Positions 39,092 through 51,955 are shown, counted from the whole stretch's first letter. The stretch: 62,039 nucleotides of DNA, filler included, from 8 parts of 8 records of this genome joined end to end with filler, not necessarily neighbours in it, one strand, 5' to 3'. Notes: generated from the letters alone by a model not told the origin. Numbers and translations: made by a program.

Positions 39092-40536
39092 ATGATGATG
39101 CGCCTGCTGGCGGTGTGTCTCCTGGGCGCGCTGGCCGTCGCGGATGTGGCGGCCGCGCGGACGGCTCAGCACAACGCCTCGCGTCGGGAGAGCTTCGCCC
39201 GTCGCGCCACGCAAGAGAAGGTGCGGGTGATTCACGGCTCGGGAGGCGGTTGGGACGCAGACGTTGACCGGCGGATGATGGCTCCGTACTGGCAGGCCCA
39301 GGACGCGGGTGCGGGCCCGCTGCTGCGCATCAACACGAACTCCGGGCCTGGTGAGGTAGACAACGCCACGGAAGCCATCTTCAAGAAGCTCCAGCTGGAG
39401 TTCGAGACGGTCTCTGGTCTGGAAGGCGACGAGTGCGTGTCGGGCGCGTTCGATGCAGATCTGGTCGAGCGCATCAACAGCGCCGCTGGTGTCTGGTTCG
39501 GCGGCGGTCTGCCCGGCCGTGCCGTAAGCTGTCTCTTTGGATACTCCGCACAACAGTTCGGGGTCAACACGCCGCCCGAGGCCACGACGCCGCTGCTTGA
39601 GGCTTTGCGCAACCACCCGCTTGTCGGCGGAATCTCGGCTGTGAGTGATCCGCCTTGACAGGCATACCTGTAATGCTGTGTCCTCATAGTATCACGATAG
39701 CGTTCTTGGCCACATCTCGACGGTGGCATGTTCTGATCATGATGTGCCTCTCGCATACTTATGCGATACAGGGTGCAATGATGCAGCCCTCTGCACCGTT
39801 GGTGCACGGCAACGAGATCTCTTACTCACCGGGCTTTCACGAGTCGGCGGATATCATGCGAATCGGCGAGCTGATGATGAATAACCGGGGCGCAGGGTTC
39901 ATCGTGGACTCTTTTACAATCCACTCTCACTTCTCGGAACGTGGCTACCAAGGGATGCTTCCAGTCGCTGTGATCCAGCGCCCCGGGCTCGAGTGGGCCG
40001 CTGGCTTCGACGAAGGCGGGGTTGGGCACTACTTTGAATCGACTGGTGAGCTGTTCACCGTCGGCGTGCCCGATCGTGGCACCGGAATAGTGCTGTACAG
40101 CGACTGTGTCGGCGACGCTGACCGGCAGGACTGCAATCTGCATTTTGTAAGCGACGGGGACGTCTGGAATGCACGCACGCACGAGTTCAGCATGGACGGT
40201 TCAACAAAGCAGCCCTGTACCAACTCACAGCCTGTACCAGATGGCAGTGACTGTGTCTTCAACCGGGCTCTTGCTGAAAACCAGAATTTCCGGCGCATTT
40301 CGAAGATGGCTGCAGCAGCCCCTGTAGGCGCCGTTGTCGAGAGCTATCACACTGGCCCAGGCAGTGACATAACAGTCGGCGTGACGTTTACTGTGACAGA
40401 AGACACAGAGGCGTGGTGCAACGATGCCGGCGACGTAGTGTCGTTTACTAATCTCGGGTTGTCCCAGACACGGTCGCCAGATGTGCCGGAGAGGCGCAGG
40501 CGGTGCGACTCTGGACCCGAGTTCGGGGCCTTTTAA
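39092..40536 (+). CDS. Secreted cyanophycinase-like serine peptidase (family S51); intron 39641-39771
   Basis: Signal peptide and GVWFGGG. Splicing GTGAGT..ACAG creates the nucleophile motif GGISA|GAM. Also HSHFSERG and AGFDE. Confidence 0.8.
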
Positions 40537-40674
40537 ACGCATAATGAGCAGACCAGGCAGACCAGTAACTTTGACCTAAGTGGTAATTGCATGGACATGC
40601 TTGCTGACGTGCACCTCATGCCGTTGGTCTATATTACTATGGCCGCGCGCCAATGATTTCCGTTGCCGCCATTG

Positions 40675-43347
40675 TTACCACGCAAACTCCCCGTCGAGGT
40701 CAGCATCCATCTGTGCCGCACGCGCCTCCAAGTCTGGGAGCAAGGAGTGCACTGCAGCAATCCCGCCTTTCGTCACCTCCGCACTCGGCTCTGTCCCACC
40801 AGACGGCGACAAGGTATCGAGTTGGAAGTCCACGTAGGAGTACTCGTCAAGATCGTCGAGCAGCACAGAGTCGCCACTGCTGCCTAAACCTGGCGGGGAC
40901 AGAAGTCAGCATGCAAATGCATCAAAGACAATCATTTCAAAACGAGGTGGCTGACGAGAATCGTCCGGCGCTCAATCAATAATCTCCCAGCAAGCTGCAC
41001 AACCCAGCTGGACTATCTAGCTGCTTGACGCACCAATAGCCCCCATAGACACACCAGCATCAATGTCGAGTTGATGCACGGGCAAGCTGTCGTCTCTGCC
41101 GAAGATACTGTTGGCTGCAGCAGTAGCGCTGGAGGCTGTGGCAGCGCAAGACTGCACAGCGCCCAAGCAACCGCTGGCTGCTGACAGGCCGGCAAATGGT
41201 TTCTCCGACACGGAACATGTCGGGGAAGATGAGGCGGCCGCCACCGCCGCCGCCGTTGCGTTGGCGGCCCAGCGATTCGGATCGAACCCACCGATACCAC
41301 CCGAAGAAGACACCGGCACAAAAGTCGATTCGGTCGCCGTTGCTAGGGCGTCCCTCTGGGTCTGCTGGTTGAGGGAAACCCGTCGCGCTGCTGCACCTAT
41401 CTCTAAGACGGCCGCCTCGCTACCAGCAAATCGGGCCGGGCGCTTTTGAACCGGCGCTGCCACATGTTCATCCATCGGGCGCTTTGGAGCTGACCCTTCC
41501 GGAGCAGCTGCCTTGTTGGCATCACTCGTAGCTGGGAGCAGGGGTGTACCCACGGCTGCGGGCGTAGTAGGAACAGTCGCCAGCATAGACTTGGTGTCGG
41601 CTGCATGGATTGGTTTTCCGTCGGGGGCTGAGGCTACCGCGTCAAACGCAGCGCCGAGATGCACGGCTTCCAGGCCAGACACTTGGACTCCTTCGACGAG
41701 ATCCTCCTCAGTGCCAGGGCGGGGCACGGCCGGTTCTGTGACGGGCGGGCTGCTGACGACGATGTCGCCGCTGCTGGCCGAGCCTCCTTTGGGCGCATCC
41801 GTTGACGACGCAGACGGTGGTGCGCTAGGGGCTGGGGCATTCCACCCGTACGTAAGCTCCAGCGTACCCGTCTCTACGGTGCCCGCGCCCCTGGCCACAT
41901 CTACGACCCGGTCGCCCGAGTTGATAGACCAATGCAAGCTGCTGCGGGTGCCCTTTGTGCCATGGCGTGGAAACAGCGACAGCGACTCGACCCCAAATTC
42001 TCGCTCTAGCGGCCACTTGTTCATACAGTGTCGGATGATGGACGAGATCGGCTTCTTCGCTCGGACATCCGACAACTTTAGGCACGCCGTGTCGCGTTTC
42101 AGCTTCGACAGCACCGCACATCGGGCAGTCTCATCCATCGGAGTCAGAAGCACGACCAGGCGATCTGGGATTGGCAGCCGCGCCCGCGCCTGCTCTGCGT
42201 ACAAGTGCTCCTTGATCCCCTCCACTGCATGCTTCGGGAATGGAGTGTTGTCCAACGTTAGTTGCTCCGGCGAATCTTTCATCATCTCCCAGAAGCAGAG
42301 GAGCTGACGCAGCTGCTTGTCCTGTTGTGCCTTGCTTATCGTCGGTGCGTCTGCGGGCTCCTCGACAGTGACTTCCTGGTGGCCGTTCTTCGTGTACCAA
42401 TCGCGTAGGCTAGCCACGTTGTGCAGCGACAAGTTTCAGCACAACCATACGTGAGCATTGCGTGACGCGCACGGAGGGAAGACGCACCTCCTGGTTAGGC
42501 GGCAGTAGAAATTGCGCGCCTGCCTCTCGTTTCTTGGTATTTCTCGCGCTGTCAGGTCATCTGCGACTTTGTGGAAGTTGCGCCCATGTGACTCAAGGGT
42601 GTAGAAGAAGGCGATGATCTCCTTCGCGCCCCAGGCCTCTGGTTTGCCTTCAGATCTCCTTCGCGCCCCAAGCCTCTGGCTTGCCTTCATTTGGGGGTTC
42701 TTCGGAGAAGTTTCGGAGGGCGACGCCGTTACTGCTCCCGCGGGAACCGGGACCTCCGCCAGCGGGGTCGACATGACAGCTTCGGCAGCCTCGCCGGCAG
42801 GATGGCGGAAGACGAACGCCACGGTATCCTGGCTGCTGACTGCTGGGTCCGCGAGAATCTCCTTGATTCTCGTCATGCCTCCATCCGAGAGCTCCTGGCC
42901 GGCGACCGAGTGCACAATGCTGTCCTCTCGCACGCCCGCTCGTCGGGCGCTCTCGCCCGGTATGGCTGCCACCACCACATCGAGGCTGCCGGTGTGACTA
43001 TCCTGGCGCATGGTCACACCGAACGTGCGGTTGGCATCGCGAGTGATCATGCACGAGTACCACTCGTCTACCGAAGCCTGCGGGGCGTCGAGCACGAGCG
43101 CGGGCGCGAGCACTGCAGAGTGCTGCCGCAACACCTGCTCCTGCAGCGGCGCCCCGGCCGGCGCATTCGCCACCGCCTGCCCCGCGGCCGGCACCCCCGC
43201 CGCGCACAGCGGCGCCGCCCGCGCCGGTAGCGGGCTTGGCCGATGCTTTGGAGGGCTGGGCGGCATCTCCTGTGGCATAGGAAGCCCTAAACCCTGCATT
43301 CCACTCTCCACTAGGCTACCGCTACCCATCGGCATGACCGAGAGCAT
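40675..43347 (-). CDS. PDZ-like + SANT domain protein, Cramped/TKI1-like; intron 42410-42487; last exon (about 40675-40885) tentative
   Basis: FGVTM..ARRAGVREDSIVHSVAG (PDZ-like) and W..KE..AFFYTLESHGRNFHKV..QARNFYCR (Cramped-type SANT). After the 78-nt intron: KKPISSIIRHCMNKW, LSLFP and LELTYGW. Confidence 0.7.
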
Positions 43348-43492
43348 CCACCTTCGGCGAGGCCGACAGGGTGCTCAGCAGCCGCGGGCCATCGCACCGC
43401 GCCTCGCTATATGTATGGCGCAGCACAGCAAATCCCCAGCGCAGCAAAGCCTTTCAGCAGCAGCAGCAGCGGCAGGAGCAGCAGCAGCAGCA

Positions 43493-43592
43493 NNNNNNNN
43501 NNNNNNNNNNNNNNNNNNNNNNNNNNNNNNNNNNNNTTAATTAATTAANNNNNNNNNNNNNNNNNNNNNNNNNNNNNNNNNNNNNNNNNNNN
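43493..43592. other. Artificial contig linker
   Basis: N run with TTAATTAATTAA. Confidence 0.98.
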
Positions 43593-43900
43593 CAGCAGCA
43601 GCAGCAGCAGCAGATTCAGATGCCATTGCACTGCAGCGCCAATTCAACGTCGTGTTCGACGGTCCCAACAGCATCGGCATGCACGTGCTTAGCAAGGGAG
43701 GGATTGCGAGTGTCACACGTGGTGGCCTGGCTGAGCAGGTAGGTGTGACTTCTAATCATGTCATCAAGGCAATCAACGGTCGACCGATCGGTGTCAGCGC
43801 TGATGAGCAGATGCTCGTGCAGATGCTGAGCGTGCGGCCAGTTGATGTCACGTTTTGGCGTAAGCGTTTGCCACAGCAGCAAGCTAAGCAAGGAAGGTAA
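43593..43900 (+). CDS. 5'-partial PDZ-like domain fragment
   Basis: FDGPNSIGM..GGLAEQVGV..VIKAING..RPVDVTF. Confidence 0.5.
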
Positions 43901-44112
43901 GGGAGCCCTTCGATACGTAGACGACGCAAGTAGACACGATTCATTAAATCTGTGTCGGTTTCTTACATTCAGTACATCTTGCCGTCGATTCATTGCCAGA
44001 AGACTAGGGCAGGTAAGGACAACGAAGCGTGAAGTGATATGACATGGAGATGGTTGGCTCAGCTCCAGTCGAGCGGCTCATATCTGGTCATTTGACATTC
44101 ACGGTTGTGAAT

Positions 44113-45293
44113 TTAGCTAGCAGATACTGGGAACGACATTACCCCGAGGGGGCGCATGTGCGGCCGATCGTTTCCTTTGTGAGAACCGGAGAAGGATCCT
44201 ATGTCAGGCCCGCCACAACACCCACCATAATGCAGCTCTGGTGGTTCGCCACAAGTTGGGCAACCCATTGACGCTGCACCGATATGGTCACTAGTGCAGC
44301 GCTTGCAGCTGCTAAGGTCATCACCTTTGCGCCACTGCGATTTGCTGAACTCGTACCGCTGCCACAGGCACGCGCCATTATCCACAATCATTACTCAGTC
44401 ATCTGGTTTTCGATCGTGCAGCTGTACAGCAAAGGGCTGGCTCGACTTACTTCGCACCACTCGTGGCACTCAGAACAGTGACGACCCATCGATTCATCTG
44501 TCAAGTGCTCGAAGAAAAACGTTAGAACTACCCGCTCGCCTCGTGTCGTGGGCAGCGTTCCGTGCAAGTGACGATCTCCTGTAAAAGCCAAGACATCGCC
44601 GCGACAGTACCCCCGTACAATTGGGAGCGCGTCGTTGCTGCGAACCCATGCATCTTTTTGCTCGGTAGTCATGGTCTCGTGTCTGCCGAAGTGTTTGGCA
44701 GTCTGCTGTGGGGTGAAGATGTATATCTCACCGCCGTCGAAGTCATCCGGATCTGAGAGCAAGACATTGAATGTGAAAAACGACGAGTCGAGATGAATCC
44801 CGAGGTGCGTGCGCTCCTCCGGCCGGTATCGCTTTAGAAATGCAAAGTGAAGGGTGAACGCCGTCCCTTTCAACCATGGCAGCCCACCGAGCAGAGGTCT
44901 CAGCTGCCTATCGAACAGCGGACCGATCACCGACCACATCCCATCGTCCGCCACCCAACCATTCTGGACGAGGTCGATCTGATACACCGGCTTGTCATCC
45001 ACGTGCTCCAGATCAAGCGAAAACGTACGCTCGTGGGACATTCCTATCAGCTGCGCGCAGATCGCAGGCGAGAATACTCGTTGAAACGAATAGGCTTCGC
45101 AGTCGATTTGGTCCGCAACAGATCTGATTGGAATGCGCGGAATGTCGCAGGCAATGCAATCCATCTCAGTGGGGTCGTTTTCCTGCTCGCATTCCACACA
45201 TATCCAGCAGTTCTCGGGTGGCACCTCCGGCTCCGGCTGCGGTGCCGCCGACGCTGCCGTCGACGGCCGTTTGTTCCGCTTGTTCCTGGGCAT
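44113..45293 (-). CDS. RanBP2-type zinc finger + 2OG-Fe(II) oxygenase + C-terminal CxxC..FSKSQ..CxxC zinc module; intron 44359-44450
   Basis: WICVEC..N..CIAC, KRY..HLDSS..NVLL..FDGG and HLHG..TRGERVVLTFF. A 92-nt GTAAGT..GCAG intron yields CSEC..|RYEFSKSQWRK..CKRC. Confidence 0.75.
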
Positions 45294-45664
45294 GTGCCGT
45301 GGCTCTACGACAGACTACGGACGGATACTGTAGGGATACCGCCACGCGGTTGGGCGCGCTGGGTAGGTACTCGACCGTACATGTGTATCGATAGTAACCG
45401 CGCGCCGCGGCCGTACGCAGTATATGTATATACCGGGCTCGCGCGGCGGGACGACGTTCGCGCGCGCGCGCCTGAGTCCACGTATACGTAGCCCCGCTAC
45501 GTCAGCTCCAGGTGGATGCACGCGTGCATGCGCGCGCGGCCGCGCGCGCGGCGGCACATGCACGGCAACTTGGCAGTCGGCACGGTAGTCGGTGGCGTGG
45601 CACGCGTGCGGCGCGTCGGTGCGTGGGAGTGGGTGAGTGGTGGGGGACGCTGTGGGTGGTCATC

Positions 45665-48120
45665 ATGAGCGCCGTCAGGAACCCGTACGAACCGCTGGAG
45701 CAGAGCGTCGACGCTACTGAGCAGCGTGGCGAGAAGGAGGAGGAGGAGGAGGAGGATCGTGGGGTATGGAGCCCTGAACCCAGAATCCCCTACGATCTCT
45801 CTGCAGACGGCTCTGTTGTTCTACAAGAACCCTTACAGATAGGGAGAAGCCGGATGCAATCTATTGTTCCCTTAGGGATGGCAACCCGCACGTGGTCAGC
45901 CAACAGTTGGGACAGGGAGATCCCCAGCTTCTACACCGACGCAGAGGGCTGGATGGCTCAAAGCCCTCGAGACAGAGCTCGCGCACGATACCAACTGGAG
46001 GTGGGTCGTGACAAGCTCCACCGGGACGACTACGAGCACACCAAGCGGCCCCCGGAGTGGTTCCAACCCAAAACAGCTGACGTGAAAACATTCTGGTCAC
46101 AGCACGGTTTCCTGATTTCGCAGTTCCAAGCATCCTACGTGCGGTATCTGGTCTTCGGCACCATGGCACTCGGCGGAGCACTGTTCATCTCGCTGTTCGT
46201 GCTTTCGGCCTGGTGCAACGCTGAGGGAGAAGACTCGGCACTCGCACGCACCGGGGCAGACGCCACAGCTTTACGGCCACGCACTTATATCGTGGCCGGC
46301 GTTGGTCTCGCTCTGTTCTGGGTCGCAATTATCCACTTCGGCTATGCCGTCACGTGTACCCCGGTGCTGCACTGGGATACCGACTCTCGTGAAGATCAAG
46401 ACGAATGGCATGCGAGACAGCTGGTCGTGGTGATCGAAGATACGAGTGACCGCAGCGAAAGCGAAGAAGAGGAATGGCTAAAGGCTCTGCTCACGCAGTT
46501 TGGCGGCGTTGTGGAAGTCTGCGTGTGTGGCAAGGAGAGGACTGGTAAAACCCAAAGCGTGGCTCTAGTTTTGATGGAGAACGCTGAAGCTGCCAACCAA
46601 GTGGTCGAGGAGCGTCTCCCAGCATCGATGTCTAGACTGTCGATGGTATGTAGGTTCGCAGTGGAGTCTCAAAGAAGTGGTGGAAGTATGGATTACTTGC
46701 GGTGGTGCCTGAGGGAGAAGTGCAACAGCCGACTCGGAAATCTCCAACGCATTGCGGTGAACCACACAATCTCCGACAAGACATTCGCCTCTCTCCAATT
46801 TTGGCGCCGGACTTGCTACATGCTACGATATTGTGCTCTTGCGCTCGCTTGCTGGGCAGCATTCGGCTGTGTCGAGGTGCTTGTACGAGATGCAGATCGC
46901 AGTGACCTCGACCAGTTCTGGTGGGCGGGGGGTGACTTGGTACTACTCGTGCCGGAATGTATCTCGAGGCCACGCGTCAACCAGCTGTTAATGCTGATTG
47001 CAACTTTCTATTCGGTGGGGCTAATTTTCGCAGGATTTATTGTGGAATGGCTTATGCTTGGCGTCGGGATGGGGGCGTATTTAGCCAGAGACAAAACGAG
47101 GAAAGTGATGGCGAAGCTACAAAGCAAAAACTTTCCGTTGATTAGCCCGATCCGCACGATTGACACGCAGACGGGCATGCTGGTTCCAGACGAGCGTGAC
47201 CGCGCCGATATCGACGTTTTAAGCAGCGACAACTGGCGCCAAGACGCAGTGCGTGCTTCCAAGATGTGGGAAATACTGTGCGATGCCCGAATGCGTGACC
47301 ACAGCTCTGGCGGTTTCGAAGTGCTGAGGCAAAATGCAGAAGAGCTGCTCGAGCATGGGTCAGAGCAGGAACAGATTATGTTACAAGACATTCGCCGGAT
47401 CTGCAGTGGCCAGCGCGCTACACTCGGTGATGCAGCCGAGGACGAGGTGATGAAAGCCATTGGGTATAAGCTCATCAATTCGCCCAGTGCGCTGGTTTCC
47501 GATGATGTGGCGTGGGAGATTGAAGTGCGTCGTCCCGCAGTGCACATTGCGCGACGCACGCTAGCACATCTCGAAGGGTTTGAGGTTTGCATTGGCACAC
47601 TGTTCTCGGCCGCGGCAGCCCTGTTGTTGCTGATACCGTACGCGGTTGTCACGCAAAACATCCTCGTGTGCTGGATCGTCACTTTCGCTGCAGTTCCGCT
47701 TTTGGTCGTGTACCCAGTAGCGCACTTGGGTACCGCGTGCGACGAGTTGTTGAACGCATTGAATGATCTAAGAACTGTAGGTTTGAATATGACCGACGGT
47801 TATAAGGTGGAGAGCCTGCGCTCATACCTGCGGGAGCGGTGCGAAGGCCAAGGCCTGGGTATGTCTCGCGTTGCGTGCTTACACAATCATAATTATACAA
47901 GCATCCTGCGCACAAGTGCCCCCGCTTGCGTAGTGATAGCGTTGCAGCTCTACCATCAAGATTTCGGCACCCCTGATGAGTCTTGCGCAAACTCTCTGCG
48001 TTTGCAGGCTTTATGCTGTTTGGAATGGTGGTTGACAAGCGAAAGCTCAAAAGGTTCGGTGGGCTTGCTGCGTCAGTATTGAGCTCTTTCGTGGTCACAA
48101 TTCTCCACTTCAATGACTAA
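45665..48120 (+). CDS. Multi-pass membrane protein with a 7TM ion channel (GR/DUF3537)-like C-terminus and an RRM-like insert; intron 47859-48007
   Basis: Six to seven hydrophobic segments and LLTQFGGVVEV..ALVLMENAEAA (RRM-like). The spliced end reads LRSYL..GQGL|GFMLFGMVVDKRKL..SFVVTILHFND. Confidence 0.6.
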
Positions 48121-48939
48121 ATACGTGATATTTTTCACCCGCATTTTAAATGCATGAAGAGAGAGTGGAATGTCTCTAGTATGCTCGCTAACTAATACGT
48201 CCTCCCCACAAAATCGTACTTACGGCCACTCCTCTCGCCACGTCACCACGTCACCGGCGCCACCAACCCAATCCAACAGTGATTGCCCACCGGTGGGAAA
48301 GTAGCCAATCTCAGATTGGCCAAGTCAAGGCAACTGTGACCGCTACAGGCCAGCAAACGGTCACCTGTAGAGGTCGAAAAAGTATAATTTCCAATTGGCA
48401 TCTGGAGGGAGACCCAAACAAGCGGCCAAGGGGAAGCCGAAGACGCCATCTAGAGGCGCGCGACGCGCAACTGCGCTGCGCGGCGAGCGAGGGACCCACC
48501 GCGCGAACTACTTAACGGTGCGTGGGGGCCCGTCCGGGGGGTGCGTCAGCGCGCGCTGCCAAGAAGCAAGGCGCGAAGGCGTGAGCCAAACGCTTGACAA
48601 ACCCAGCTGATCTCTTGGGAGAGATCAGCTGAGCTCCTGATGAGATGCGATCAGAATCAAAAATGATACAGTAGTGGAACTATGTTCATATTCGAATAGA
48701 ACTTGATGAATGCACACGCGCGGCCACTACCAGCGCACGCGCGCGGCGATAAATACTATCAATAGTAAGGGCGCGAGTGCCACGCTCAGCGCGCAGGCGA
48801 CCGCGCGTGCGTGCACTGGCTCCTGCAGAAACCTCAACACTGGTGCCGCTGCGCGAGGGCTATCGATCGATATCGTACAGTACCTCTAGATCTTGCCTCA
48901 CTCGACCGACGTAACCTCCTACGTAGCGCAGGCTGCACA

Positions 48940-49889
48940 ATGAAGCTTGATGTGCTGCTAGCCGCGGCCTCTGCTGGACCGGTTGCCTACCGCCTCCACG
49001 AGCTCGACTTGCTCGGCGTCGCCAGCGCGAGCTCGGTGGAGGCGCTCTCCTCGCCGACGTTCTGGATCGCTGCTGGTTGCCTCGGCATGCTGTACGTGTT
49101 CCACGCGTCTATTGGAACACGTCTATTTGGTTTTACCCGAAACGCTGGATTTCGCTCTCTGCCACCTCGCCGCTATCCTTGTTGGGTTCTGACCCAGTAC
49201 AGGTGCGCTGTGAATCCATATAGTGAATAGCTGTGACTCAAGATCTGGCAGGCTGTGTCGGTTCAGCACGCTCCACCAAATTATCGTGCGCTGGATAATG
49301 CTGTGCAGGTCTTTGCCAGCGCGGAGATACTCTGGAAGTTCCAGCAGCTTGGCTGCTGCGCGGTCTTCTTTGGTGCGAGCGGCCGAGCTGCCGCTATGGT
49401 GGCCGTGATCAGTGCTCCAGCGTGGTGCTGGATCGTCGCGGCGGTCCTTATCGGTGTCGGCCAAACACTGAACGTTGCGATGTACTCGGCGATCGGTAAT
49501 GCTGGTGTATACTACGGGTTCAAAATGGGCCACGACGTCCCTTGGGCTTACGGGTTTCCATTCAATGTTGGACTCCGACATCCGCAGTATGTAGGCGTGG
49601 TGCTCAGCATCTCCGGCGCCAGTACGCTCACACCCGCAACATGCATTGCATCATATGTGCTTTTGCTGTCGTTGCACCACTGCGTGGCTCGCCACTCTGC
49701 GAACTTGGCTGACAGCAATGGTCGACTTTTGTGCCACGCTCAGCGCTGATGCTATGCTGCGAGCAGTTGGTAGTGCTAGGTTTGCTGCCTCTTAGCTTTG
49801 TGTGGAGCGCGTATTACGTGATCATGTCATGCATGGAGCAAAGTGGTGACAACGACACTGATGGTGACAAGGACGGGAAAAATGCGTAG
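48940..49889 (+). CDS. Phospholipid N-methyltransferase (PEMT/PLMT family); introns 49203-49308 and 49622-49743; as assembled, frameshifted by a 14-nt insertion near 49114-49127
   Basis: GQTLN..IGNAGVYYG..PW..GFPF..LRHPQYVG, upstream IWFYP..DPVQ|VFA..WKFQQ, and a terminal YYVIMSCME exon. Confidence 0.8.
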
Positions 49890-50531
49890 CTGCCAAGAGC
49901 TGGTTGCAAGACCATGGAGTGCAGTTTATCCACCCAGCATTGTACGAATGCCATAATTTTGGGCCAAACACCGCAGGCTGCTACTGTAGCCCTTCGCCTC
50001 GCTCGCCACCACGACGATCTCGTCGAACGACTGCGGTGTCGCCGAGCTTCGTCACGGCCGCCAGCACGAAACAGGCGACCGTTGCCACGCATAGCGGCCA
50101 AAGGCGCCGCCTCATCGCCAGCCGCACACCGCTCCTTCTACCGCCTCGCAGGTCTCCTACCACCTCCCAGTGAGAATTCCCTACTATTCTGAGCCGGGAG
50201 ATGTGAGCAGAGGAAACTCGAGAAAATAGAGTCAAACCCGCGATGCAAAACGAGTGCCGCAGTCGGTGTGGGAGTCGTCCAGCTGCAACCGGAACGGTGG
50301 ACTGGGCAACCATTGGATCCACCAGAGAAAGCGTTAAAGAACGGCAGGGAGCAGAATTTGTGGCACCAGATCTTGATCTCCCTGGCACAGCTCGTCCGAC
50401 GAAGGGCAAACTAACTGAATATTCATTGAGTTTGCACCCGCACCCTCCAACGCACCAGAGGTTGCCGCGTAATGACTCGGCAGCCTTGCAATAACCACGT
50501 GACTCTTGGAGAACAACGAGGCCCAGCTCTG

Positions 50532-51660
50532 TCAGGCTTGACCGGACCCCAGCGCCACCAGCGGGGCTGTCGCTGCATCGCCAAGAGCTGCTGTCCTCGT
50601 TGCCGCGACCATGGCGCTCGTCGGAGCGTTTGCAGGCCGCCGTACTTCCCAGCAGCAGCATGAGAAGCAGTTTGTCTTGACTGGCACGGCAGCCTGAGCC
50701 CATGCCTCCGCGCATGCTCGCGTCCCAAGATGTGGGTCGTATTCGTCCATTCGCCACGCTTTCCAGCCGCCTGGAAAACGAACATCGCAGTTGAGGTTCT
50801 TCTCAGCCATCATGTGGTTCGATGTAGCCAGCCAGACCACGGGTCGATGCTCATCTGATCCACTGCAGAGGTTTTCAGCGCACTCCCAAGCTGATTGTGG
50901 CATTCGAGCGTTGTAGTGTGACATCAGAGAGAACCAACAGCAGCAAGAGCCATTGTCACCACGCGACCACGTCTGATCTCGTGGGTAGTCGGTTGTGAAC
51001 AAATCTGACCACAGGTTGATAGTGGCAGGCTGCAGTTCTATACCCTCGAACACGAGTCGATTCACGTCTGCTGTTCGGTTGTACGTCCGGAAATTCTGCT
51101 CATACATAAATACCGCAACACGTCAGTGCGAACAAGATAATCCTCACCACATCTGACTCCATTGTGTGAGAACAGGCCATCCGCTGTGCGAGGTACAGAA
51201 ACTTACGAACGAGCGGTAGAAGAATGTCGCCACACGATTCAGAGACAAAGGATTGGTATATCTGAAATACATTCGTCACGGGCCGGTTGTATGTCTGTCA
51301 GCCATGTTCCACATGCACGCGTGCAGGTACACTGTGTGCCAGGTAGAAAGCTGTAGTGTGGTTACCCATAAGATGCCTCGCCGTCGTAGACCAATGACAG
51401 CTCGCATGTCCGATCTGACTCCCGAAAGTCAAAGAATACTCGGCGCAGCCCAAAGCCGTTCTGGACGTCGAGGTGCGGTTGCATGATAACAGGCGCGCAT
51501 CGCTGCAGCCACGCCACTCGTCTGTCGACGGCTGCATCAAGGCTCGCGACCGGAATGCCACTGCCTGCTGCCTCGGCCTCGGCAGCCACCGCAGCGCTGC
51601 GGGCGAGCTCCTCCGTTGCACCGTACATCAATCGCTGGCAGCACACCGACCACGCACGCC
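50532..51660 (-). CDS. Hypothetical multi-exon protein; exon structure unresolved
   Basis: ORFs 50532..51107 and 51362..51646 on the same strand, with GTAAGT/CAG splice-like sites between them. No recognisable family. Confidence 0.35.
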
Positions 51661-51837
51661 ATGCAGTATGTACGGTTGAACTTCTGCGCTGGTTCGTGGT
51701 TGTGGAGTCGATACGACGAGACTGCAGCAGTGCCCAGGTTGGGGGCCCCGCGGGGACTGAAAACTCGTCGGAAAAATGGAGGAGTTAGATTCAAATTATG
51801 TATACCGAGTATGAAAAAGTCAAACATACGCAGGAAA

Positions 51838-51937
51838 NNNNNNNNNNNNNNNNNNNNNNNNNNNNNNNNNNNNNNNNNNNNTTAATTAATTAANNNNNNN
51901 NNNNNNNNNNNNNNNNNNNNNNNNNNNNNNNNNNNNN
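51838..51937. other. Artificial contig linker
   Basis: N run with TTAATTAATTAA. Confidence 0.98.
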
Positions 51938-51955
51938 GCCGGTCAGCGTGTTGCT

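Noticed and set aside
48604-48631. 12-bp perfect hairpin CAGCTGATCTCT-TGGG-AGAGATCAGCTG
   Set aside because: An isolated intergenic stem with no U-tract or RNA-family features, so no call is supportable.
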